NCBI GenBank assembly: GCA_008632985.1 | Contig: QPGO01000036.1 | Location: 124,001 to 188,000 of the forward strand | Direction: 5' to 3' | DNA: 64,000 nt | From: Psammoneis japonica | Taxonomy: Eukaryota | Shown here: positions 50,683 to 61,208 of the stretch, one piece after another | Position numbering within the stretch: position 1 is the first letter of the stretch | Layout: every line of letters begins with the position of its first letter | Translations under genes and position numbers: made by a program | Notes under the pieces: model-generated | Told to the model about the DNA's origin: nothing | Seen by the model: only the letters and a program-made list of their open reading frames with translations | The model's database searches: none

Positions 50683-53600
50683 GGGTGCCCCATTGCCACT
50701 GCAGCAGCTGGCACTTGTTGAGCTGATTGGTTGACAGAGAGCCAACGCCTCATGCATGGCTGTCAAAGCACATTTTCTTTGGCTTTGTCATGTTCCCTGG
50801 GATTTGTGCACTCTACAGAAAATTGGTCAAAAATTGAAAAAGCCAACACATTGTCCAAAATTTGATGACAACTCTGATGGAAAAGTTGGCCTTTGAAGTT
50901 TCACTCACATTTCAATGCCCCCCAAGCCCAAATGCAAATGTTTGGGCTGTCACGCAAGCAAGAAGCTTGCTGCCAGATTGTTGTGAGAGAGCAGGGTGCA
51001 CTTTCAGTGCAGCACACTTTGCATGTTTCTTGTTGGGAAGACATGCGCTGTCTGCACAGTTTGTTGCACTTTCTGTCACTTCCTCCTGCCTTGTGTTCAC
51101 CTCAATTTGCACAGAGATTGAGTGAACATCAACACATTTGTCGGTGTCTTTGGAGCTTTGAGAGAACACCGCTGCATGCTCTGTGTCTTTGGAGGCAAAA
51201 GATGATCAACAACTCCAAACTTTTCTCTGATTGAAAGTGTTCTCCTTTTGTCTCAGCTGCTCCTCTGCTGACTTTGACAACTTGGAGCTGTTCTGACTTT
51301 GCTGTTTCTCCTCCATTGCATGTTGTCCTGCACCACCACCTCTTGGTCAATGTGAGATGTGAGAGTCAGTTGCAAGCTGCCATGGTTGTCATCATGTGGG
51401 CATGTGTGAAGTGTGCAGGAACACAAATCAAGTGGAGCACAAAGATGAAATGCCCAAGTTGCCATCTTGAGGAGAGGGTCAAAGTGGATGAGGTGACTTC
51501 AGCAGCTTGCATGGAAAACATGCTGAGCTCTGCATGTGGCACAAAATCTGCCCCAAATTTGCGCCCACTCTGCCTTAAAAGAGCGGAGCTGCAAAAATGT
51601 TAAAAAGTTGTTCAATGGACAGCCCAATGTGTGAAAGTCACACAAAAATGCAAGTGCGTGACAAGCAGTGCTGGTGCTGGATGAAGAAAATTTCAGTGTT
51701 GCAGTCCAGTGCCATGAGGTCTCACCCAGAGCTGGAGTGCATTGTTGGCTTGCTGGGAATTCTGATGGTTGAACACCACTTTTGTTGAGTTTGCAAATGC
51801 ATGTGGCTCAAAAGCAGTCATGTGCTTAACAGCAATGGTCCAATGGAGATGTCTGTCAACTCAAGTGTCAGTCAGAAGCAGTGGTGGTGACAGAAAATGA
51901 CATTGGCAAGACCCACATTGTCAAGCAAGAAAATTTCTACCTTGCTGTGGAATGAAGCAGCTGCAAAACAACTGGCACATTGCTCATGCTGCTGCTTTGC
52001 TTTGCAGTGCAAAGCCCACTGCACTTGGCTGCCTGCAGGCTTCTTGTTTGTCACATGTTCCAAACAACAAATTTCAGTGCTGCAATGAAGAAGCAAAAAG
52101 TGGTGGCTCCAAAACTGAAATGCTGCCAACATTGTTGCCCTGGTTTGCAATGTGCTGGGGTCTGTCACACTTGTTTGTGTGCCAGTTGATTGTTCTGCAC
52201 CTTCAAATCTGGGTGGAGCCAGCAACTCTTTTATCCCCATGTGACAAACTTGATGTGGGAAAACTTGACGTGCAGCAGACACCTGCATGTTGCAAAGACA
52301 CTCCAGCCTGCAACCAAGTCTGTTTTTGTGTTGTCTTTTGCAGCTGGCATTGCTGAGCTCAAAGTGAACAGCATCATGAAAAATCCTGCTGAGCAATCTG
52401 AAGGAGAGAAAATGGTCTAAGGTCACATGCAAAAAAGGCCATGAGTTGCAAAGCTCTCCACAAGCCAGAGCAAACTGCAAAATCCAAAATTTCAACCAAA
52501 GCATGGCAATGTGAGGAGCATGGTCTCCTTGGCAACACACCACTGTGCTCTCACCTGGTCCTGACAGCTGTTGGTTTGAGGATGAACAAGAAGTTTGTGG
52601 TGGGGGCAAAAAGGGTGCTGGTGACTTTGTGCAACCCTGTGATGCTTTTGCTTTCATTGATGACCAGAAATGTGTCTTGTGAGCCCTTGAAACTGTGCTT
52701 CTTTCTCTTGCTCTAAGTTTCTTCACAACATGACTGGCACATCACACTGAGGGCAATGCCACAAGTTTTTGTAACAACTCACTCATAACAGCGCAGTGTG
52801 TTGACTCCATTTTTTTGTCTGCAAGCAACCCAAATGTCCCATGCCAACCATTTTCTTCTGTGTGGAGGATGAGAAAATGGATCTTGAACACAACAGACCC
52901 TGTGGTGCATCAGTTGGTGCACATGCTCCAAAAGATCTTGGCATCTTGCAGCAGTGAAATTTGCTCAAATGGCAACATCAGCTGAGCTGAACATGAAAGG
53001 CTGTGATGACATCAGCAAATGCACTGGTGTTTCCCAAATGTGCATTTTGGTCGGACCAAATTGTCATTTTGGTCGAACCAGATTTGTTGACAAATTTGAT
53101 GCTCACGACCAAAATGATTTTGTTTCCCGAAAATGTCATTTTGGTCGGCGGAATTTGGCACGCTTCAGAGGGAATCTTCCATTGGAAAGCGAGCACGTCA
53201 ACACACCGTGCAAATTTCGTGGGAGCCACGTCAGTGTTGTTTGTGTGGAAACATGTGTGAAAATGAATTTGGTCGAGATTTTGCAAATGTCAATTTGGTC
53301 GACCAAATTGATTTGGTCGGTCTGGCAATTTGGTCAACAAAAGTGTTTTGGCTCAACCAAATGCCAATTTGGGCCAACCAAAATGCACATTTGGGAAACA
53401 CTGCTCCAAACTTGCTTGTGTTCTTGTGAAATCATTTCTGTTGACAAATGCAGTGATCAAATGATGAGTGTCTGAAAGTTCATGGCACACTGCTGGTTGT
53501 CACTGTGACAGTCGACTTGCCAACCCCAAAACCCAGCTTGTTCCACAACTTCTTTGCAACACCCAGAACAACATGCGTGGGACAAAGAGGACACAGCAGA

Positions 53601-55430
53601 AGTTGGCTTCTTCATTTGTGCATTGTTCTCATTTGCCAATTGACATCATCTGTTTTGCTTCCTGAAGCCATTTCAGAAAGTGTCCATGGGTGCTTGCCTC
53701 TTTCCACTTTTCATGCCTTTGTCTCTCTTCTTCAAAAGTTCACAAGAGGACATTGCATGCACAGCATGGGAAGGTTGCCAAACAGCCTTGAAGACCCAAC
53801 ATGACATTTTGTTGCTGCCAAGAACAAAGCACAAGTTGCAGATCACTGCTGTCACTTCTCCAAGATTGCATTTTTAGCACAGGATGCTTGTTGAGTCCAA
53901 CCACACATTTTTTTTGTCCCCTCCTGTGTTGAGGAGCTGAGCTCCTCATGCCATGTCACCCTCATGAAAATTGAAAGTTCACAATGAGCTGCCAACTAAC
54001 TGAGTGCAGGCCACCCAAGTGCACCACTTTGGACAACTGGCTCACATCCCTTGGGTGCTCTGCACTGTCATGCTTTTTCAAAATTGAGTTTCGCCCACTG
54101 AAGACCATGGTGCAAAGCACCCTCTTCCCTCCGAGACATGTCTTTTTAAGAGCCTTGCATGTTGCATCGAAGCAGAAATTTGCTTTGTCTTTCATGGCAT
54201 CAAACACACAGTTCTTGAGATTGCAGCAGGTGTTTGTTGCACACAAGGTTGCACAAATGTCAAAGGAGTTTGTGCCATTGGACTCTCAATGCCACTCATT
54301 GCAGTTGCTCCAAACTTGAGCTGCACAAAGAATTTGCCTTTCTTGTTCTTGCCAAAACACATGATGATGGTTTTGTCATCAAGCAAAGACATTTTGGTTG
54401 TGGTCAAAGCAGCTTTTTTGAGCCATGCACAATGGCATGACTCTGTCACATGCTGCTTTGCTGACTTGGTCAACAATGCACAATTGGTGCTCTACCTTTT
54501 GTCCTTGTGCCATGATGATGAGCTTTCTTGCTTTGTCAACAGCAAAGTTTTGTGAAGCCTTTTGCTTCTGTCATCCTTGAAAGATTCAACTTTTGGCCAC
54601 AGAAGACCACCCGTTGTGCCTGCTGGCAGCTGGGAAAGCAAATGGCTGGGGGTGAAGCTGTTTTTTGTCTGATGCCCCCCAACCTGTGTTGCAGCTGCAA
54701 TGCATCCACCATGCCTGACGTTTGCACTTTCCCAAGGAAATGACTGTGTGTCAGCACACTGGCTGTCCCCTCCCACCTGCTTGACAAATGATTTTTCCAT
54801 TTTCCACTGTGGTGCCCTTTTTGTCATCCTTCACATGTGAGACAGAGTTTGCAATGTGGCGCTTCTTGCAGCAGACACACCAGTGTCCCTCTGCCTTGTT
54901 TGTGTGCTGGCACACCACCTCTTGAACTCTTGGTTTCATTCCACTCTGACTCCTGACCAACTTGGCCACTCAGCTTGACAAAGTCATGCAAGTCTGGACC
55001 ACAAGAACGGGCTGTTGCCAATTCATTCACAGCGTGTGGTGTGACCATTTTCAATGTTGGCTCATCAAGCTTTTTTGTTCAAAGTTGTTTGGGAAGCTCC
55101 AAGCAACTCTTCAAAGACAAAACAGCAGACCTTTGCTGCCACAACCCCATCAGCTGGCAAGTCAGAGTCTGCTTCTGGTGCAGCAGCTCCTGAGTGGTTT
55201 TTTGCATCTTGTCAGTGGGAGACAACATGACACCAAGGCACCACTTGCCATTGCTGAGCTGGAGCCAGAGTCAGGGTCAGATTCTCTCAGAGGGGGTGGT
55301 GGCCGATGGCTTCATTGGCCCTGTTCTTGCTGCAGCCACCAAAGAAATGGAAGAAGAATAGAAGAAGCACTTTGTTTGAGTGTAGTCGTTCTCATTTGCT
55401 TAAATTATGACCTCAATGACAGGAACGCCC
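50683..55430. repeat. Copy 2 of the ~5 kb decayed repeat unit
   Basis: Same anchors in the same order and orientation. Carries an extra MITE insertion. The right boundary is approximate. Confidence 0.8.
53026..53402. mobile_element. 377 bp MITE with ~55 bp imperfect TIRs and probable 3-bp TSD
   Basis: GTGTTTCCCAAATGTGCATTTTGG ... CCAAAATGCACATTTGGGAAACAC. The empty site ATCAGCAAATGTGCTCCA is seen in copy 1 at about 48333-48350. Flanks ACT/GCT. Confidence 0.88.
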
Positions 55431-55657
55431 AGATGCGTCAAGATTAACTTCAAATTGGACGGCTCCTAATACATTCCGAAGGTAAAACGCTTATTTTAGA
55501 ATGGTGTTTAGATATCACGTGCACGTTCCCTTTAGTCTAGCTCAACTTTCTCATTCAGCCGCGAGCGCCTGTGCAAGCTAAACACTCGCAGATGCAACTG
55601 TCAGCCACCCTGTACATCCAATCCATTTGACAAGAACGACCACCACCCTCACAGAAG

Positions 55658-56428
55658 CTAAAAGAAAAAATCCTGCATCATGGACCTTTGCAATCGCATC
55701 ATGGATTCAACCTCTCGATCAAAGTCATCATCTGGATCCTGCCTCAGCAGGAACGTCGAGGATTTATCCATCACACCCTTCGACCGACCTTCAAGTAGGC
55801 TTGGAACGTTGGATCTTATGCTTTTCTTCTGGGATGTCTCTATACGTCCGTCTGGTGTTAAGGACTGACTTTGGTAAACACTACTTTGGTAGTAAACATA
55901 GCTAGAATCAGAGGAACCCAACCCTCCGAAAAGTGCTTTGAGTAGCAATAGAACTGCAACAACAGGTATCAGCATCTTTACCAACCCAGGTTTATCTTCG
56001 TTCCTTTTTTCTGTTGTTCTGGGCGATGATGATCTACCTCCAACTCGCGCTGAGGTTGGTCGTTGAATCGGATTTCTAGCGGAAATCTCTCCCTCTTTAG
56101 TGCTTTTGCTGTTCGCTACATCGTTCCTGCTATCACCATCGTCCGACGATTCCATCAACAACGCTGTTCGCGAGGGCCTTGTCGAAATGGCTTGAATAGG
56201 CATAGAACTGTGACCAAAGGCAAACTTTCGCTCAAGCAGCTTTTTCTTGGAGCTGCTGTCTGCACCAAGCGGTCGAAATGGTCGCTCCGCAACAGAGAGG
56301 CAAGACACCGAGTCTGAGACGAACAACATGAACGCCGACAGTCCAATCACAGAAATCGTCAGCCATCGTGATGTTGTCTGGCACTTCTTGCTCAAAGACG
56401 CGGGCATCCTTAGAAGAGTAAATGGCAA
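55658..56428 (-). CDS. Hypothetical protein with signal peptide and one TM helix
   Basis: 256 aa ORF with normal composition, hydrophobic N-terminal and internal segments. The start could be the second ATG. Confidence 0.7.
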   Translation of the reverse strand: MPFTLLRMPASLSKKCQTTSRWLTISVIGLSAFMLFVSDSVSCLSVAERPFRPLGADSSSKKKLLERKFAFGHSSMPIQAISTRPSRTALLMESSDDGDSRNDVANSKSTKEGEISARNPIQRPTSARVGGRSSSPRTTEKRNEDKPGLVKMLIPVVAVLLLLKALFGGLGSSDSSYVYYQSSVYQSQSLTPDGRIETSQKKSIRSNVPSLLEGRSKGVMDKSSTFLLRQDPDDDFDREVESMMRLQRSMMQDFFF

Positions 56429-56752
56429 TGCAGCCTTCTCTTTTTGTTTCGTTTCGACTCGTGACAGAATGCCATCATTTTATGACATGAGATCTTAGAT
56501 CTTCTTTCTCAGACCCCATACTAACTATATGCTTCTTTGCGCGACGTGCGACGTGCTTCTTTTGCGCGTCGATGCTGTACTGTACGATAACCTTGCCACG
56601 TGTAATCACCAAGGGGAAAGGGAAGGAACTCAACACGGGGAACAGCCTGTGGTACCCCGCATTATCGAAAGTCTCCCTCACACTCCAAAATAGAACAATT
56701 CTAAAGTAGTTATTCATTACGGAATACACTCTAGTCTAGTCTCTAGAGGGCC

Positions 56753-59700
56753 CTACTTGTTCCTTGCCGACCGACGAGACGGCCTGGACTTTCGTCTGGA
56801 CATCTTGTCGAGCTGCTTTGTCTGTGATTCTGTACTCTCCTCCTCTTCGTCTTCTTCTCGCGGAGCGGGCATTAGACTAAGGCGAATCTTAGGAAGAGGT
56901 TTCACCTCAATCGTCATGGGTGTCTTATTCGAAGGTGAAGTATTAACCTCATTCGTAGCGGGAAGATCAGTGGCAAATTCTGTTGAGTTGTAATATTGCT
57001 TCTTGCGCTTTGGCTTTGATCCTTTTGGACTGTTATCCACGTGCATCATTGACGGTGTTGGAGGACGATCTAATATGTGTCGACTATCAGACGCGGACCT
57101 TTTCGGCTTCAACATGTCTTCAAATGACACCAGGCCCGATTCCATTCCATTGGGCAGGGCATTGTTTGGCGTTGGTGCCTTGGGCAACTTATTCTCTTTG
57201 TTCTTAGGCTCGGTCCTTTGAAAGGGACGAGTCAAGCTTCTGTCGCCTTCCGACTTGTACGGACCATTCGCCTTAACAAATCTTTTGGGCGACTGCGACA
57301 AATCAGAGCTCGGAAGAGTCTTCGCCACTGTCAGGAACCCAGCCAACAGCCCGTTACCCTCATGTCCATACCGCACCTTGATTTCGTTCAATACCAATAA
57401 GAAAGCCTTGTGGACGGCGCTTTGATTGGACATGTTCTTCCCCACTGGTCGGACTTCGGCGAGAATAGATGCATCGCAACAGTCTTCTTTAGACGAACGC
57501 AACAAGACTCGCACCTTGACGGAAAATCCACGACGCGGTACACGCTCACTGATGGTGAAAGCCAATTTTTCGGAGTCGTCAGCATCAACAATATGTGTTT
57601 CCGAAAGACGAAAGACGCTGCCATTCCGTACTCGGTCAAACGCTATGGTGCGGTTTGCCCCCATCATGGTTCCACTGGCGATCAACTGATGCTCAGAATC
57701 ATGCTGCTCCATTTCTCGTGGAGTTGCAGGTGGGAATGTCCAATTCGTCTTTTCAATATTTGTATCACCGCGATTGTTTTCCCATTCCATGATTACAGGT
57801 GAACTAGAGTCCAGCAGGAGAACCCGACAAAGGGGAAGGGGTAGCGGTAGAGCAACGTGCTTGGCGATATCCCGAACAAGCAGCTGGCCGTGTACATACT
57901 TTGTTTTGTTGGCGATTCTACCTTCCATTGCTACGTCGTGCTGGGGCGACGCTTGTTCCCGCATGTACTGCCTTCCTGGAACACGACTCCAACTTTGTCG
58001 TCCCTCGGGAACTCGATGCTGTGGTTGGAGGCTGAACGAGTCATCGGCAGTGCACTGACTTTCGTCTTCAATGTCTAGTTCAGACGAGGAGTATCCAGAC
58101 TCGCCCCGTCGGTTCTTTTTCTTTCGCGATTTGGTACGAACCGTGCTCTTACTCGTGGTTGGAGCGACTTTATGTATCTCCTTAAAACCTCTTGCAGCAG
58201 CTGGTGACATGGCGCCTTCGCCGGCCCTTCCACCCAAAGCTGTAATGGGAACACCACCACGAACACTAAGGCGCGTCGTTTCTCTTTCGAGGAGCAATTT
58301 CAGACCGCAAACTAACAACTCTGCTTCACGAAAGTTATTGGCAACAAATAACAACGAAGTACCAGAGACGTCCTGGATCGAAATGACTCGCAGATGTTCA
58401 GTCTGATCATCAGAGTTGAACTTAATTGGGACCTGTAGTGAACAAGGAACAAAGCTGAGGTGAAGGTCCGGCACAACAAAGAGACAGACCAAACCAGCGT
58501 TTTCTCTTACCTGTGGTTCTTGAGATAGTATTGTGACATCCGTCAAGGCAAGCGAGTGCTTGTGGGAAAGCTGCACATTTCCGGTACGAATATGTCCCAT
58601 GTTCGTGTCCGCTCTCTCAACAATCGCTGAATCCAACGTCACTTCTTCAGAGGCAACAGTTCCTTGGTCACCGTCATAGCCTGATACACTATAATCTGAC
58701 GATCTTGCTCGTTGGGTACTTAACTTGTTTGACACTGCAGCCCCATCACCATCACTCAGTTTGGACACGAATCCTAATCGCAAGGATCCCATTTCGGGAA
58801 GCATAAGCCACAGCGTCCGTCGCTCCTTTCTAGTTTTGCCTGATCGCGATTCTGTATTGGGCAAAAGACGCTGCACCGAGACGCCTCCGTACATGAATTT
58901 CTTGAAGTCAGTTTCGAAGGACTCACACTCTGCCATATCTTCTATCGACAGAAACGACAAGAACGGAAAGGGGTCCGACGAGACAGAATCTGTATCACTT
59001 CCCAAAGTAGATCGGTCGTAGTACCACGCATGAGATGAATCATTCCGAAGAACCTCTGGAGGCCGGGGCAAACGTGACATTTCGTGTGTGAATTCCACCG
59101 AATGAAGTGAGGCATATAAATCTTCTGCTTCAGGCGGTGTCGCCACCTTGCCGGATAAAATGTCATTGGCCGATACCTCCCGCCCTGTATTAAATTTGTA
59201 AGCTCTTGCATTGATATCGTCTCTCGTGAAAATGCGTGATCCCTCCAAAGAAACTCCGACATAGAGACCTTGTGATTTGGCATAGGCTACAATGGGGGCA
59301 ATGCCGACAGAGCTACTAGCATTCATGCGTTGATCAAAAGTATCATCATCGTCGTATTCGTCGTTGTGAATTGTGCTGTCTTGTGAGCACAAGGGCCCAA
59401 TGCTGGCGGCACCATAGGCTTCTCGTCCTATTCCCGCCACAGCGGCTCCAACATTACCGCCAATGGTAAAGGAGCCGCCTCGACAGAAATGACTGAGTGA
59501 CTCGTGCGTTCTCAGTATAAAAATGTAATCAGCCACCTCCAAGCCAAATTGAATCCCCAAACCAAGTCCCCAAGTTCCAATCGCAGACGGCGCTGACCAC
59601 GTCCCGTCAGACAATCGCGAAATACAAATCCCAGATCCCACATGCATCGACACTCCCACAACAACCTTGGAGGCCCGGATAAACGCCAAGCCAACTGCGT

Positions 59701-60682
59701 TCTGAATCATGCCTCTTATTGTGGCAGCCTCTACATCTTCTGTCCGATCGACTTGAATAGCCTCGGCCGCCATTCGCGATCGGAGCTGCGCCAGTTTTTG
59801 AGATCGCTCCCTTTCGTATTCATCCAACGGTATGCCCAACGTTTCCTCGTCGGAATTTGCTCGCACTGGCGCGTGCTTCCCCTGAGCATGAGTGGGCGGA
59901 AGCATGCTTCCACTGCCCAACAACCAATCTGTTCCATCGTGAACAAGCTCCTGCCATGAATCTGGCGGTGGTACCTCCATATCTGATGTGGGCGCCAGTC
60001 GTTTGATCAGGGAAGAGGCAAAATCACACTCATCGTCTAGTCGAAACGCAGGCAGAATACCTATTGGATTGACGGACTGCCGTTGTCTTGTTCTTCGCAA
60101 CACAAAGACAACAGGTCGTGGTTGAGCTCCTCTGAATGGAGAGGATGCCCCTTGTGTCATGAATTCGTCATCTTCATTCGGAGCACACATTGTAATTGTC
60201 GAAGGAATCGGCGGTCCCATCCACTGTCCCTGTCTGGCTGAAGTCGGAGACGGAGATGTAAACACGTCCTGAACATTGGTTCCTTCTTGCAGTATGCGTC
60301 GCAGTTCCGTATAGCTTATTCTCATTCCATGTGATTCACATTCCAATGCATATTGCGCCGCACGATCCTCGGGACTCTCTTCTTCGCCTCCCTCTGCGAT
60401 CCAATCCGTTTTCGAGACAGCCGCAAACTGAACAGCATCTCGCGCCAAGATCCCCGCCTTTGCAGCTTCCGAATTCGGTGTCACGGTCTTTACATATGCT
60501 CTTCCGTTCACTTCCAAAAAGGTCATCCCCAAGCGAAGTGCGTCACCCGTCGGATTGAGTTGCGGTCGACACACAAACACAAGCCGTGCTGATTTGCCAG
60601 CATCATCGCCCAGTACGAGGCTTCCGTAAGCATCTGAGAACGAATTCGTCACTTCTCTCGATACTCGTGACAATACCGACAT
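56753..60682 (-). CDS. Large SYLF/Ysc84-domain protein with PDZ-like, PH-like and VASt-like regions (2 exons)
   Basis: SYLF motifs GSG..I.RL.DG.WSAPSAIG, G.QFG.E..D, KSQGLY.GVSLEGS, N...Y. Stop-free 78 bp intron 58433-58510. ATG at 60682. Confidence 0.85.
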   Translation of the reverse strand: MSVLSRVSREVTNSFSDAYGSLVLGDDAGKSARLVFVCRPQLNPTGDALRLGMTFLEVNGRAYVKTVTPNSEAAKAGILARDAVQFAAVSKTDWIAEGGEEESPEDRAAQYALECESHGMRISYTELRRILQEGTNVQDVFTSPSPTSARQGQWMGPPIPSTITMCAPNEDDEFMTQGASSPFRGAQPRPVVFVLRRTRQRQSVNPIGILPAFRLDDECDFASSLIKRLAPTSDMEVPPPDSWQELVHDGTDWLLGSGSMLPPTHAQGKHAPVRANSDEETLGIPLDEYERERSQKLAQLRSRMAAEAIQVDRTEDVEAATIRGMIQNAVGLAFIRASKVVVGVSMHVGSGICISRLSDGTWSAPSAIGTWGLGLGIQFGLEVADYIFILRTHESLSHFCRGGSFTIGGNVGAAVAGIGREAYGAASIGPLCSQDSTIHNDEYDDDDTFDQRMNASSSVGIAPIVAYAKSQGLYVGVSLEGSRIFTRDDINARAYKFNTGREVSANDILSGKVATPPEAEDLYASLHSVEFTHEMSRLPRPPEVLRNDSSHAWYYDRSTLGSDTDSVSSDPFPFLSFLSIEDMAECESFETDFKKFMYGGVSVQRLLPNTESRSGKTRKERRTLWLMLPEMGSLRLGFVSKLSDGDGAAVSNKLSTQRARSSDYSVSGYDGDQGTVASEEVTLDSAIVERADTNMGHIRTGNVQLSHKHSLALTDVTILSQEPQVRENAGLVCLFVVPDLHLSFVPCSLQVPIKFNSDDQTEHLRVISIQDVSGTSLLFVANNFREAELLVCGLKLLLERETTRLSVRGGVPITALGGRAGEGAMSPAAARGFKEIHKVAPTTSKSTVRTKSRKKKNRRGESGYSSSELDIEDESQCTADDSFSLQPQHRVPEGRQSWSRVPGRQYMREQASPQHDVAMEGRIANKTKYVHGQLLVRDIAKHVALPLPLPLCRVLLLDSSSPVIMEWENNRGDTNIEKTNWTFPPATPREMEQHDSEHQLIASGTMMGANRTIAFDRVRNGSVFRLSETHIVDADDSEKLAFTISERVPRRGFSVKVRVLLRSSKEDCCDASILAEVRPVGKNMSNQSAVHKAFLLVLNEIKVRYGHEGNGLLAGFLTVAKTLPSSDLSQSPKRFVKANGPYKSEGDRSLTRPFQRTEPKNKENKLPKAPTPNNALPNGMESGLVSFEDMLKPKRSASDSRHILDRPPTPSMMHVDNSPKGSKPKRKKQYYNSTEFATDLPATNEVNTSPSNKTPMTIEVKPLPKIRLSLMPAPREEDEEEESTESQTKQLDKMSRRKSRPSRRSARNK

Positions 60683-61208
60683 GGGATGTTTTAATGCCTT
60701 CGACTGCAGTATTGTGTGTGACTGCACTTGTATTCTACTTTGCTCTTTTTGCTGTGGTTAAGCCGCCGTCTACCTACCTCATCATTGCAATTCAGCATTT
60801 TTTGTGTCGTGTTTGCTGCCAAAAGGGTCTTCTGGAGAGTTACGCGCGCAAAATCGATAATACCTTTGTTCGGGAACTAATAATAATAATGAGAAAGTTT
60901 ATATATGACAGGCATAGGTAATTATATACGTATATTATAAGGTATTTAAAAGCATTAATAAGTATATAAAATATTAATATATAAGACCTTGAGTACAATT
61001 GTAATCATGTCACTTTTTCGCTCACACAATTTTCAACCGCAGCATTTTCGAGCCATCGCCACTTGAATGGCGAAGCAGCTATTTAGTCTAATATTAGGCC
61101 GGCTTGAGTTTCTTCTATTGCAACATAATAAAGAAAGAGACACTTTACAGGATGAAAATTGGAAGAGATGTACCGGTATTATGAATCGTCCATACAAAGC
61201 ATCCGTCC

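Noticed and set aside
45600..55400. Dense overlapping Cys/His-rich ORFs in all six frames (also 17.5-27.5 and 40.4-43 kb), suggestive of many small metal-binding proteins
   Set aside because: By-product of TpA loss: TAA/TAG stops and Tyr codons are erased and TG/CA codons (Cys, His, Gln, Met, Trp) are inflated.
45600..55400. Classical RIP or plain 5mCpG decay as the full explanation
   Set aside because: RIP raises TpA. CpG decay explains CpG loss but not TpA loss or Tyr to Cys/His changes.
55410..55430. Terminal inverted repeat matching GGGCGCCCCATTG at 45669
   Set aside because: The match needs several assumed reversions and the flanks give no TSD, so it is too weak to call.
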